Below are positions 11,433 to 26,487 of a DNA stretch of 64,000 bases, piece after piece. Source of the stretch: Octopus bimaculoides (taxonomy: Eukaryota); assembly GCF_001194135.2 (NCBI RefSeq), contig NC_068982.1:105158774-105222773 (forward strand). The letters run 5' to 3'. A program made the translations under genes and the position numbers. The number at the start of each line of letters is the position of its first letter. The first letter of the stretch is position 1. The notes beneath the pieces were generated by a model, which saw only the letters and a list, made by a program, of their open reading frames with translations, was not told the origin of the DNA and did not search any database.

Positions 11433-14400
11433 TTTATCCTATTTTAATATTATTGTTAGCATGTTAAATTGCAAATTGTAAAAGAAACAGAGAAAAAAAA
11501 TGACAAAGGATATAGAATATTTTAATTCAATACAAACTAATCTAATTCAGTTTGTTAACAAAAAAACTCATGAATTTATAATCATTTAATACTATCTTAG
11601 ATATTCCTAAGTAAAACTATTTTAAGAAATATATGCCTTTAAATATTGATTCTAACAATGGTACAAGGCCACAAATTTTGGTGGGAGGTACAATTAAATC
11701 AACATCAGTACCTGGCTTTCGATTTATCGATCCTGGAAGCATAAGAGCCAGTTAGGTAAATATTGCTAAATCTACATATTGTCTTCGTTAATATAGCATC
11801 AAATAGATACTGGTTAACCATTGATTAGATCTGTTTTTAATTATAGCACATTAGAGCTTTCTCATTAGGGCATCAAGAGTCAACAAAAAAGCCTCTATGT
11901 AGCCACTCAATCTGCCTGAAGTAACAACCACATGTCCCTCAAATCATACCTTACAATCTTAAAAAAGAGAGAACATAACTGAACAGTGCAGTCCTTGATA
12001 TGCAAAAAGATGTAATGGCTATGGCAAGAATTCCATCGGTTATGGGTCTGCAGATACTGAATGTGCAAATTCTGATATTGCTGATCAAGAAAATTATGAA
12101 ATTGCTAATAGTTTTAATGCTGGTGGCTGAGGTGTTGGTGGTGATGGCTGTGGTGGTGGGTAGTGATAGTTGCAGTTGTAATGTTTGTAGTGTTAATTAT
12201 TGTTTAACCCCTGGTCAGCCCTGCTCAAACAGGCTTACAATTAAAGTATTCCAACCATGATCAAGTTTTTTTTTTTTTTTTTTTTTATGGGTAGTGTATC
12301 TAGGACTACATTATCCATAGTGTCCTTTTTAAGATGATAAAGCAATTTGAAGGAAATTTGACTGCTATTTTTAGCAAACCAAACATCCACATAGCAGTTT
12401 TCTTATTGGCTGAAAATTGTTGCTTAGTCTCAGGGTATACCTGAACCAAAAGACTTAAACTCAAAGGTTTTGCTGTTATACCACCCGTCTTGCTTTTAGG
12501 AATAGTGTTTCTAGAACTAACATTATTCAACATGTCGTTCCTTATTTTCTTAAAAATAAAACAGTAAGGAATGAGGGACAATTGCCTGCTATTTCATTTT
12601 CTTAAACTCATTGTTTTATACTCTTTTACTTGTTTCAGTCATTTGACTGCGGCCATGCTGGAGCACCGCCTTTAGTCGAGCAAATCAACCCCAGGACTTA
12701 TTCTGTGTAAGCCTAGTACTTGTTCTATCGGTCTCTTTTGCTGAACCGCTAAGTTACGGGGACATAGACACACCAGCATCGGTTGTCAAGCAATGCTCGG
12801 GGGACAAACACAGAAACACAGATGCACAAACATATATGCACACATACATATACATATATACGATGGGCTTTTTTCAGTTTCCGTCTACCAAATCCACTCA
12901 CAAGGCTTTGGTTGGCCCAAGGCTATAGTAGAAGACACTTGCCCAAGGTGCCATGNNNNNNNNNNCAAGGCTATAGTAGAAGACACTTGCCCAAGGTGCC
13001 ATGCAGTGGGACTGAACCAGGGACCATGTGGTTGGTAAGCAGGCTACTTACCACACAGCCACTCCTGCGCCTATATCCAAACATAATTAAGATGTTATTT
13101 TACTGGATCCTTCATTCTTGATTATTTCCAGAATTAATTGAACAAATATGAGCACATCATTTTCTAATGTCCACTTTTCCATACTTGCTTGGGTCAGATG
13201 GAATTTGTTGAGGTAGGTTTTCTATGGCCAGATGCCCTTTCTCGTGCCAACCCTCACTTGTTTCCACCATGACTAGACATGTTTCTATGGAAGATTGGAA
13301 ACAAAGGACACTGCTTGCAGGATGATGACATTCATTTATAGCAATTACCCAACGTCAAGGCAAAGAGACAGTAACATATATACACTCATATATTCTTTTA
13401 CTTGTTTCAGTCATTTGACTGTGGCCATGCTGGAGCACCACCTTTAGTTGAGCAAATCGACCCCAGGATTTATTCTTTGTAAGCTTAGGACTTATTCTTT
13501 TGGTCTCTTTTGCTGAACTGCTAAGCTATGGGGACATAAACACACCAACATTGGTTGTCAAGCGATGGTGGGGGGACAAACACAGACACACTGTAGTAGA
13601 AGACATTTACCTTAGGTACCTTGCAGTGGGACTGAATCCCAAACCTTGTGGTTGAGAAACAAACTTCTTATCACAACTGTGCCCATAAATTCTAGTAAAA
13701 TAAAGGACTTTAAAATGAAGAAAGCAAAAGTGACATACCATGGTTTTTGTTGTTCTCCATAAACTCTTCATCCTCTTTATCTGCTTTCTTTGCGTACTTC
13801 TCAATGTTGTCATCTAGATATAGACTTTCATTTTCATCAAATACATTAAATAAAAGTGGAAACACTTTTGTATCTGTAAAGTTTGCTTTATCCTTCCGGC
13901 ATATAACGAGAGGTCCAATTAATCCAGCATTTGTGTCTTTTGATGGATTAACAGCTGAATAGTATGCGTAATTAATGCAGTCTGGATCTCCTGGCCCAGG
14001 TCCAGAACTGTCTGGTACAACCCATGTATATGTGAAAGCGTGATTAGGCTGAACAGCATTTCCTGTGTTCTCTTCAGAGTCTGTGTATTTTGTACCTTCA
14101 CTTGACTTGTTGTAAAGAACTCCATGAGCAAGAATTGAAGTAGGATATCTGGCTAAATTCTTAAAGACCACTTTTATGGTATCTCCCACTTCAGCTATTA
14201 TTATAGGTCCAAGAATTCCAAGTGATTCTGGATGGTCCTGGGCTGTCAGGAAGCTGTCGTTTGTGTAAGCTCGGTAAACTGCTTTAATATATTTGCTTCC
14301 AATGAGAGAATCTGAAGATTTAACAAACACATGGCCTGGACTGCAATAAAGTAATAAAATAAAGCAAAGAAATAGATTTTAGAACACAAGAGAAATTATG

Positions 14401-17400
14401 GAGATGACAATAAAAGCAATTGAATATTTCAATATCAAAAATTGATCAGCTTATTAATCTTGTTATTATTTATGGAAATAATTGTATGAATATTTTGATA
14501 AAGCAATGATACAGATCAAAGTTAAATTTATCAACATAATAATGGTATAAATTACGATAAAATAGAATAACTAACATGATAGACATATTAATAACAATAT
14601 AGGAGTGATATAAATTAAATCATTAATAAGTATTTCAATTGTCTGAAATTACAATATTTACAATAGATGGGTATAGAATAACATACGATAAAACATTAAA
14701 CCATGATCTTATCTGTGGTTTGATATGAACTCTGTGTAAAATAATGATTGGTCATTTGTTGTAAGAAGCCCAAAGCAAGCATGGCTGCATGATTAAAAAG
14801 TTCACTTCACAACCATGTAGGGTTAGAGTTAGGGTTAAGGTTAGTGCTGCACTTTTGGGCAAATCTTTTTCTATCATAGACTCAGGCTGACCAAAGCCTT
14901 AAATGCCTTTCATTTAAGGCTTTGGTCTTTCATTTGGTAAATGAAAACTGATGAATGATGAAATATGTTGTGTGTGTGTGTGTGTGTGTGTGCATGCATC
15001 AGATGTTGAAAGACTAAAATAAGAAGGATAAGCACTGGTCTCCTTTTCAGTAAGACACCTGTGCTTGTCCCTCTAGATTATTTTAGACTTTCAACAACAT
15101 CCAGCATATAATCACCTTCTCCTTTCAAATGCTACCTATTTAATAGTGGGAGCTTTTATATTTTTGCTCTCCCTGTTCTTCTATCTTGCAATGTTACTTG
15201 GCTACCTCACTAGTGTCAGTAGCACAAAAAAAAAAAAAGTACCCAGTACACTCTGTAAAGTGGGTGGCATTAGGAAGAACATTCTGTTATAGAAACCAAG
15301 TCAAAGCTGACACTGGAGCCTGATGTGGCCTTGCAACTTGTGGATGTTCAATAATGGATGATAATATCAGTTTGGGATTGAAAAATTAGTGCTTTGATCA
15401 AAAATCCCTTATAGTATACTATTCTGTAGTTTTGCAACCCTTTAGACTTGACTGACTTTACCTACATACTCTTAAGAGGTCGATAAGATAAGTAACTGAC
15501 AAAGTACTGAGGCTGACATAGTCAACTAACTCCAGTATGGTTGCAGTAATAATAAAGAGAGGAGTCATGTAGAAAACATCCCTGAGTATGTGGAAATATT
15601 GGTTTCAAAATTTTGCACAAGGCCAGCAAGTTTGGAGGAGTGGGTTAGTCGATTACATCGAACCCCAGCACTCAACTAGTACTTATTTTATTGACCCCAA
15701 AAGGATGAAAAGCAAAGTCAACCTTGGACAAATTTCAGCTAAGAGCATAATGACAAATGAAATTCCACTAAGCACTTTGCCTGGCATGCTATCGATTCTG
15801 CCTGCTCGCTACCTTCAATATGTGGAACTAATATTGGTAAGAAAACTGGAGTTGTCTTTATTTATTTGCATGACACCTTGGGTAAGTGTCTATTATAGCT
15901 ATTACTGTGCCTGGTTTATTTTCATTTTGACATGTTGGAAAGAAGAGTATCTTGGATATCTTTTATCTTTTACTTCCTTCAGTCATTGGGCTGCAGCTAT
16001 GCTGGGGCACCACCTTGAAGAGTTTTAGTTGAACACCCAGCACTTATTTTTTAAAACCTGGTACTTATTTTATTGATCTCTTTTACTAAAGTACTAAGTC
16101 ACAGGGACATAAACAAATCAACACTGATTGTCAAGCAGTGTGGAGGTGGTAATGGAACAAATACACAAAGACACACACACACATAGATATATACATAGCC
16201 TTCTGGCTTGTCAGTGCTCAGTCAAATTGTCCAGCATGGAAAGCGGACGTTAAACGATGATGATGATGATGATGGGCTTCTTGCAGTTTCCTTCTACCAA
16301 ATCCCTTCACAAGCTTTTGGTCAGCCTGGAGCTATAGTAGAAGACACTTGCTCAAGACACAACACATGTATATGTGTATACATATGCATTAACATTGTCT
16401 TTCCTTATTATTTAAAATTATTTTGTAAATACTCATTCCATTAAAAATAGTAAAGCAACTTGACTATTGTTTTCTGACAGATGGCATTCTCGAGTAATTT
16501 CTCAGGATTACAATCTGTATGGTATGCTAATTCACATGGCTATTCATATACAATATTCTACATTGTCTTAGTGATTTTGCTGTCATTATTTCTACAGGAA
16601 CAGTGAAGTATGTTTTCCTGAAGAGATTTGATCTGATGACATAGAAACTTGTCCAGAGTTGTCAATCCGTACTTGATGAAATAATTAAAACAATATTGGT
16701 CATTGACTAATATTGTCTTTTGTTCCCAGTTTTAGAAATAGTAACAGTAACTTAACTATGGGCTTTTTTCTTTCATGCAGATTGTGATCTGAGTAATTCC
16801 ACTCAGTAATTCATTGTCTAAAATTCATGCACACGCACACACACACACACACACACATACACACACACACGTTAAAATATTTTATCTTTGAAGTGAAATC
16901 ATAGCTGTGGCCAGTGCTGGTGACATACAAGTGCCAGTGACACATAAAAGACACCCAGTACACTCTGTGGAGTTGTTGACATTAGAAAGGGCATCCAGCT
17001 ATAGAAACCAAACTAAATCAGAGTGAAGCCTGGTGCAGCTCTCTGGCTTAGCAGCTCCAGTCAAACCTTCTTATCTATGCCCGCATGGAAAACAGATTTT
17101 AAATGATGATAATGATGAAGAGAGTTCATCCTTGTGATGGCTGTGTGATTAAGAAGTCCATTTTGCATATATGAAGTTTGGGATTTGATCTCACAATGCA
17201 GTACTTCAAGCAAATCTCTTCTTCCATAGCTTCAGTCTGACCAAATCCTTTGAGTAAAATTTGGTTGACAGAAACTGATGAAACTTGTTGTGTGTGTTGC
17301 AGTTTTTATTTATTTTGTAGTATCATTATCACCATCTTTCAATGTCCATGTTTCATGCTTGACCGGGTTTGGATGATTTGACAGGATTCAAAGAGAATGT

Positions 17401-19552
17401 TCCATAAGAGTATGAAGGGATATGTTAAGAAATGGGGAAGACATGACTGTAGCAAGTCATGGTGAGAGAAACTGGAGTGGCTGGGAGGGAGGTAAGGCAG
17501 ATATGTGAGGACATGGAGAGTGTTCAGATAGGCACATGCGAGAGAGAGAGTGGAGGGGACTGCAGTGGGTGAGGCATGTTAGGGAGACCAGAGAGGAAGG
17601 GCTTACAGCAGGTGTTGAGAAGATGGGGGAGTTTTGACAGAGGTCAGATAGTGTGTGTATGTGAGACATGCATGTGTGTGTGGATGGCCATGATTTCACT
17701 TAACATCTTGACATGTCATCTCAAGCACAACAAACTTCCAGAAGTCTTCGTTACTTGTCGTCATCTCTGTGAAGCTGAACATCTGAAAATCATTTCTCAC
17801 CACTTTATTCCATGTCTTCCTGGTTCTACCTCTACCACAGGTTCCCTCCACAATTAGAGATCAGCACTTCTTTATGCAGCTGTCTTCATCATTATGCATC
17901 ACATGACCATACCAGCACAGTATTCTCTCTTGCCTCTTATACCTAAATTTTCTCTTAAACCATTTACACTCTGTCATACCTGCACTCTGACTTTGCACAT
18001 CCAGTGGAGCATGCTGGATTCATTTCTTTCAAGCCTTCACACGTCCTCTGCAGTTACAGCCCATATTTCACTGCCATGTAGCAAAGCTGTATATACACAG
18101 GTATCATACAATCTGACTTTCACTCTGAGGGAGAGGTCCTTTATAACAAAGGTAGTAGCTCTCTAAACTTTGCCCTGCTTGTTCTTATTCAAGCAACTAC
18201 AGATTCAGAGTATCCTCCTCCACTACTAACTTGGTTGCCTAGGTAACAAAGGCTATCTACTACTTCTAAGGATCACCCTGGACATTTGAGGAAGTCTACT
18301 TTCTGTACATTATTAGTGTTTATTGTATCTGCACATCTTCTACACACAAAGACTACTTTCTTTGTTAACTTTCCTATGACACTGTTGCCCCTCTTATGTA
18401 TCTATAGCTTGCATTAGGTACACCCTATAGAATTTCTACCTATGCCTTTTCTGCATATCAGACAGGGCTATCTCCCTGAAGGGATTAGTAATTTGTCTGT
18501 TTTCCTATTTACTAGGACTTTGGTCTTTACTAAATTAACTCTAAGGCCCTTTGATTCCACACCTGAGATTTCTTCTTCAGTTCTGGTAGTGATTCAGCTA
18601 TAAGAACAAGATCATTGGCATAGAGGAGTTCCCAAAGGCAGCCAATCTTGAATTCCTCTGTTATGGCCTGGAGGACTATGATAAACAAGAGAAGGCTGAG
18701 AACTGATCCTTGGCGAACTCCTACCTGTACACTAAATTCGTTATATTCATTGCTGAGTTTCACCTTACTGATAGCACCCCTGTACATGGCTTGTACAGCT
18801 CTCACCAACCACTCATTTATCCCTAGCATTGCCCACCAGATAAGAGAGGCTTTCTCCATGTCGACAAAAACCAAGTACAGAGCTTTATTTTTGGTTAAAT
18901 ACTTCTCCTGCAGTTGCCTTACCAGGAAGGTAGCATCAGTAGTGCTTCTCCTTGGCACAAAACCAAATTGAATTGCATCTAGGCTAACTCTCCTCCTGAT
19001 TAGTTGAGCTATGACCCTTTCTGTAACTTTCATCACCTGGTCCAGCAATTTGATACCTCAGTAACTATTTCTGTCTAAGGTATCACCTTTACCTTTGTAG
19101 CAGCTGACTAAATGCTGCTGCACCAGTTGTTGGGTATGACTCTCTCATAAACAATCTGGTTAACTATACATGAGACGAGATCTGCTAGATATCTTATGCA
19201 TCTCAGTGGTGATTCCTGATGGGCTGGGGGCTTTCCCTGTTTTCATATCCTAAATTGCTTTATTTACCAAGCTACTGTTGATTCTGATAGCTGGTTCCTC
19301 AGTTGGGTCTACATTAGACAGACTCTCCTTCTCTCATGCATTCTATACATTTAGCAGCCTTATATATATATATATATATCATCATCATCATCCTCATCAT
19401 CATCATTTAACGTCCGCTTTCCATGCTAGCATGGGTTGGATGATTTGACTGAGGACCGGTGGACCAAGTGGCTACACCAGGGTCCAATCTGATTTGGTAG
19501 AGTTGCTACAGCTGGATGCCCTTCCTAACGCCNNNNNNNNNNNNNNNNNNNN

Positions 19553-19588
<36 letters not shown>

Positions 19589-22259
19589 CTGATGTGACAG
19601 TACATGAAGTAGTGGCTAGTATATTTGGCTTATGGCCGTGAGGTTGTGTATTCTATTCCTGGATCAAGCATGCAGTGTGTCCTTTCATGTTGGTCCAGTC
19701 CATCAGTTGTAATGCTGGTGCAGCCTTCTCCCCACCCCCAGGACTGTCACAGCATGGGTGAGCAGGCTAAGGGGTGACTTCAGCTTGCAACTACATGGGT
19801 ACCTAAAACAATTAGGGTAAGTATGGCTCATGTGTTACCAAGCATATGTCATGTCTGGCTATCTGATAAGATTGACATTTATGAGATGGAAAAGCTGTTT
19901 CATATATAATACTCTTTGGAATGTCAAGATAGAATGAAGCAAAGAAAATTAATGTGAACAAAGTTGGTTGAAATGGTAACCAAATCAAAGTTGAAACAAA
20001 AAGCAAAAAATTCTTATTGTAAAACACATTCGATTTGATGCATTTGACATTGCAGGATAAACAGCTGTTAATGGTGTAGGTGAAACTATTAGATGGATTA
20101 AGAACATGAAATATTTTATGAATAATTTATCTAACTAATAGTTTTTCACTTACAGTATTATTACTAGTGGTTATAAATCATTCAACACTAACTGTGAATG
20201 TATAAGTATGACCATTAGCATTGTTTTGTATTGTTTTGACTTTAGTTTGGTGACCATTTTAAGACTTTGCCTTCCATGGGAGTCACCAATGACTCCCCAT
20301 GCTATATTCTTAATATACCATGAAAATCATTTGTGACTCTCAACAGTTATGTGTTCTTATGGAACCTTCCATTTCTGTGGTTCATATGACATTATTCAAA
20401 TTTTAGGAAATGTACTGGTGCTGGTGGCACATAAAAAATACCATCCGAATGTGGCTGATGCCAGTGCCGCCTGACTGGCTCCCATGCTGTTGGCACATAA
20501 AAAGCACCCACTACACTCTCGGACTGGATGGCATTAGGAAGGGCATCCAGCTGTAGAAACATTGCCAGATCAGATTGGAGCCTGGTGCGGCCTCCTAGCT
20601 TGCCAGTCCCCAGTCAAACTGTCCAACCCATGCCAGCATGGAAAACGGACGTTAAACTATGCTGCTGCTGATGATGATGATGTACAGAACACATTTCTTT
20701 GAGTTTCTCGGATGATTTTTAATTGGACTCAAAAGGGGCTGAGACAGGACCTGGTAAGGAGGATGCAAGTTACTGTCATCTTCATCACTGGAGCAGTGAA
20801 GGTGCATGGTTTAATGGTTGGGGTATGTGGCTCATGATTGTAAGGTCATGAGTTCAATTCCTGGCAGTGTTGTGTCCTTGAGCAAGACACTTCATTTCGC
20901 ATTACTCCAGTCTACTCAGCAGGCAAAAGTGAGTAGTACCTGTATTTCAAAGGGCCAGCCTTGTCACATTCTGTGTTACACTGAATCTCCCTGAGAACTA
21001 TGTTAAAGGTATGCATGTCCGTGGAGTATTCAGCCACTTGCATCCTAATTTCACAAGCAGGCTGTTCTGTTGGTTGGATCAACTGGAACCCTCATCATCA
21101 TAATCGATGGAGCACCATTATTGGAGTGCTGCCTTCCATAAAATAATTTTTGTGAAAAAGAAACCATTAAGGTTTATAATCTGAAATATTATCTATAGAA
21201 AGAAAATCATAAATAAATGGAAAAAGTCCATCAATGGAGGTATAATAGACATTTTAACATTTTATCATGTATCACTGGTGACTCTTACAGTACAGAATGA
21301 ACATAATACTCACAGGGGTTACTGGTGATATTTGTCTTATAAATCAAAGTGGTAGTTTATATACTGAACTGGAGCATATATATATTTAAAAAGTTTTAAA
21401 ATTCCATAATTTATAACTAAATGAGACTGCTGGTGCAAAAAAATAATATGGTGTAAAATAGGCTTGGTAGGCAAAATATTAAAAGATTTCATTCACAGTT
21501 CCTTTATTCTTACTTGATATTCTGAAAAGAATCGGTGCAGATATGACTGTGTGGTTTGGAAGGTTGTTACTCAACCACATGGTTCTAGGTTCAGTTCCAC
21601 TGTATAGCACTTTGAGCAAGTGTCTTCTGCTATAGCTTTGGGCTGACTGAAGCCTTGTGACTGAATTTGGTAGGTGGAAGTTCCAGTTGTGGATGTGTGG
21701 TAAGAAGCTTACTTCACTAACCACATAGTCCTGGCACCTTGAGAAAGTATCTTTTACTGTAGCCTTGGGGCTGACTAAAGTCTTGTGAACGGATTTGGTA
21801 GACGGAAACTGAAAGAAGCCCATCATATATATATATATATTTATACACACATACACACACATGTAAATATTTATGTTTGTGTCTGTGTTTATCCCCCCCC
21901 CCCATCGCTTGACAACCAATGTTGATGTATTTACGTCCCTGTAACTTAGTGGTTTGGCAAAAGAGACCGATAGAATAAGTACTAGGCTTACAAAGAGTAA
22001 CTCCTGGTGTTGATTTGTTTCACTAAAAACCCTTAAGGTGGTGCTCCTGCTTGGCTGCAGTCAAATGACTGAAACAAGTAAATGATTAAACGAGTTTGAT
22101 CCTCCGCTTGATGTTGAGTTCTACTTTACATTCATCATGTATTGAGTAACTTTCTATTCATTAGTATGGCTACTTCAGTTAACACCAACAGATATTTCAT
22201 TCTCTCTCTCTCTCTCTCTCTCTGTAACACACACTTTCTTTCCCTCTCTTTCACACACA

Positions 22260-22290
<31 letters not shown>

Positions 22291-22325
22291 CCTCACAAAT
22301 ACACACTCTGTCACACACACACAAT

Positions 22326-22403
<78 letters not shown>

Positions 22404-23138
22404 TGTAATTCTTATTCCAATGTTTACTTTGCCATGGGTGATTGCATCATCAGCAGCAGCAGCACCACATCACTCAGTAAGGTCTTTTGACCCTTGTGAA
22501 GGTACGTGGCTTAGTGGTTAGGGCATTTAGCTCATGATCTTAAGGTAAATTTGATACCTAACAACACATTGTATCCTTGAGCAAGACACTTTATTTCGCA
22601 TTACTCCAGTCTACTCAGCAGGCAAAAGTGAGTAGTACCTGTATTTCAAAGGATCAGCCTTGTCACATTCTGTGTCATGCTGAATCTCCCTGAGAACTAC
22701 GTTAAGGTCACGTGTGTGTGTGGAGTGCTCAACCAGTGGCACATTAATTTCACAAGTAGTCTGTTCTGTTGATCGGATTAACTAGAACGCTCGTCATCGT
22801 AATTGACAGAGTGTCAGTTGGCACCTCCTTGAGATGCAGCTCATTTTATCTTAAGCCTTCTTTAGTTTCCCCTCTTCCATGGGTTCCACTAACTTGCAAC
22901 ACTCAGCACTTCCTTATGCTTGCTCATACTCTCACAAGCCTTCTCTCTTAAAATGTGTGATCATAAATTTCTTATTTCTAGCTAATCCTTTCATAGAGTT
23001 AGATGAAAGAATCAAATTCATTCACAATCTTAATTCTACTTAACTTCTAGCTTTTTACTGACAAATATACTGTTTACCAGTTGAACGAATTGAATGTGTG
23101 TACAAAAATGAGTCTGTGTGTGTGTGTGTGTGTGTGTT

Positions 23139-23190
<52 letters not shown>

Positions 23191-25011
23191 AATATTGTGC
23201 ACATTAAAGAAAATTGAATGTTCTTATTTAAAGGCAAGATAACATTGTGTTGCGTGCGCGTTAGAGCTTGAAGAAAAGGAATAACTGAACTAAGGGGCAC
23301 AACTCTTAAACCCGTTAATTTGAACAAACAAATTAAGTGTAATCTTTAGTAGAAGGCAAAGCGCAACATTTCAAATCACAAAAACATTTATTTTGAATAT
23401 TTATTATATTTTTTTTTCTATGACAACTTCTAACAAAGGGCGTTGTTTTTCTTCATCATCCCTAACCTTCAGCACAAAAGCCTCATCCACTCGCAACCAC
23501 ACATCTCATGCCACTTCTTCTCTGACAGCGTCAACAGAAACCATGAAAACGACTTCCAGTGGGGTCATGTTAATTTTGTCTTCGTCAACAACACAAAGAT
23601 ATAATCCCTCACATATTCCCCTTTCTCGCAAGTAATTATCGTACCTCACAATCCCTAAGCGTGAACATCTTACAACTAAAACCACCTCAAGATTCCTACA
23701 AGTATTAATCTTCACATATCACAGAACGTCAGACATCGCAGATCGTCATTGTCATCACTTAACGTCCGTCTTCTATGCTGGTATGAGTTGGACGGTATGA
23801 CAACGAATCAACATTCATACGAAAAATGAACCAAGGGAAACAACTCTTGAAAGCATGTGCACGTAGACGTATGCATCCATTATATTGACTATATTTTGTT
23901 AACCATTGAGGGATGGGTTATGCCATGGGTCACCAAACTACGGCCCGCGAGTTCAGTTAATCCTGACCGCCGCCGCACTGTGTCTTTTGTGTAAGTACCT
24001 GCAATGGGAGTTCATTTGCCTTTGGAACAACTTATGTTTGTGAGCAAACATTTTCAAAAATGAAGTCTGTGAAGTCAGCACATCGAATGCGGTTGATTGA
24101 TGAACATTTGAAAGCAATTCTCTTGGTTGGATGCAGCAATTACAAAGCAAATATTGATGATATCTTAAAAGCTAAACACCAGTTTCAATAATCTCACTAA
24201 CCTTTTTTGATGTTTAGTTTGTGAGATTTGGATATGTGTTCACTGAGCGTGATATAACTATCTTATTGCTAACGTCACCTTCTTTGATAAGATTTTGGTA
24301 AATAAATATGTTGGTTGTTTTTATTTTTTATGCATTCACTGTGTTGTATTGAACAAAATGGTTATGCGGCCCGCACTCGTCATTCTCTCAGTTATCTGGC
24401 CCGCCGTAAAAAAATGTTTGATGACCCCTGGGTTATACGAATCAAGATGTTTGTAAATTTACTATTAGAGCATGTGTTTGTATGGTTAAATGTTCTAATA
24501 TATCGTTTTATCGTTTTTTTTTTTGGTTTAATCTTTTATTTCAGTCATTAGACTGTGGCCATGCTGGGACACTGGAGTGGAAATTTTTTAGTCAAATGAG
24601 TCCATCCCAGTACTTGATTTTTTTGTTAAGCCTGGAACTTATTCTATCGGTTTCTTTTTACCGAACCGCTAAGTTACAGAGACGCAAACACACCAACGCC
24701 CGTTGTCTAGTGGTGATGGGGGACAAACATAGACAGACACACACACTCATAGACATGTTTTTTGAATTAACTATGTATATTCGATGGGTATCTTCCAGTT
24801 TCTGTCTACCAAATCCACTCACAAGGCTTTGGTCGGCCCAAAGCTACAATAGAAGACACATGCCCAAGGTGTCACTCAGTAGGACTGAACTCGGAACCAT
24901 TTGGGTGGGAAGCAGACCTCTTACCACACAGCCATGCCTTACAGTCCCACCAGATACATGCAATGTAATAACCATCAATTTGAAATCAGATGCACACACA
25001 TACATAGATGT

Positions 25012-25059
<48 letters not shown>

Positions 25060-25495
25060 TCTTTTACTCTTTTACTTGTTTCAGTCATTTGACTCAGCCA
25101 TGCTGGGGCACCGCCTTTAGTCGAGCAGATCGACCTGTGGTCCCTGGCCTTGCCAGTTCCTGTTAAGCTGTCCAACCCATTCCAGCATGGAAAACAGACA
25201 TTAAATGCTGCTGTTGATGATGATGATGATAATTGTGGAGTGCTGAGAGCAAGATCAGGCAAGCAAGACATCTTGGTCATCCTATGCATCCATCTCCATC
25301 TCCAGTTATCTGACCAGATCTTGGCACTGGACTGAAGATGGTCATGAACTGGTGAGTGAGGGTGATGGTGTGCAACTCTTCTTCACTTTATACTAAGTCA
25401 TTGCACAAGCATCAAACATCCTTGGATAACTAGATAGTCCTTATTGCTCCGATGGATAAACATGATGCACGCACACACACACACACACACACATG

Positions 25496-25527
<32 letters not shown>

Positions 25528-25941
25528 TGCACACATGCATATAAAGGAAAACCATTGAATAAATGTGTGAATAACTTACTTATCAGGGTCATCAAGGGAT
25601 GTGTTATAGACTAAGTCTTTATGTCCTGGTGCATAATCCCATTCAACTTCTTCAGCTTGAATGAAATATTCTCTGACTTTGTTTTCCTTCATTTCAATAT
25701 TTTGCTTTCTCCCGCAGCGTTCTACTTTATACATGGCCTTGGTTCCAGCATTGAAGTGATCATTGGTCACACACTCCACAGCCCATATACCTACAGAAGA
25801 GAGTCGCTGGTTACAATGGATGGGATTCATTTAGAACAAACAATTTTCAGCACAAACAGCATGTCTATTATTTTATTGTAATAGAAAACAAAAAGTAGAA
25901 TTATATACACATGTGTATCAGCAGAGATGATGATAATGATG

Positions 25942-25980
<39 letters not shown>

Positions 25981-26451
25981 CTGTCCTCATTTAATGACTG
26001 AGTTACGTTCCAACAGCCCCGTCGTTAAGCAAATTCATCATTAAACGAATATTCATAGGGTACGTATTTTTTTTATAGGTATAGTGTACTGTACGTACAT
26101 ATAAAAACAGAATACCGTACTGTATAAAGTATATGCAGTACAGGGCCAAGAACCACTAACATAAATTGTTGAAAAATGAATAAGTAACAGTAAGATTATC
26201 ATAAAAGATAATGGAAAAAAGAGACGAAATAGTAATATAGGTACAAAGAGCGTCACTGTGTTGCCTGGCTGACCACAAGCGGGAGAGTGAGAGAGCGAGC
26301 GTGTTGGAGGGTGAGACTGGGTGAGTGCACAATACGACAGTCAAAGTTTTTAAGTTTTTATATTTTGTAAAATATGTAATGACGGCTCGTAAAGTTTGTC
26401 GTAACTCCGGGTGGTCGTTAAATAGGTAGGCCGTTAAATGAGGACAGTCTG

Positions 26452-26487
<36 letters not shown>

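Noticed and set aside
12917-13003. 38-bp direct duplication on either side of a 10-N gap
   Set aside because: Typical contig-overlap artefact inside a SINE.
14818-14845. TTAGGG-like runs (also about 55940-55970)
   Set aside because: Only 3-4 degenerate units; too short to call interstitial telomere.
24482-25120. 212-aa ORF
   Set aside because: Reads through antisense SINE-A and (TA)n; no protein motif.
25325-25360. CTGAAGA hammerhead-like boxes here and near 1730, 5680 and 53635
   Set aside because: No paired stem II followed by GAAA; expected chance heptamers.
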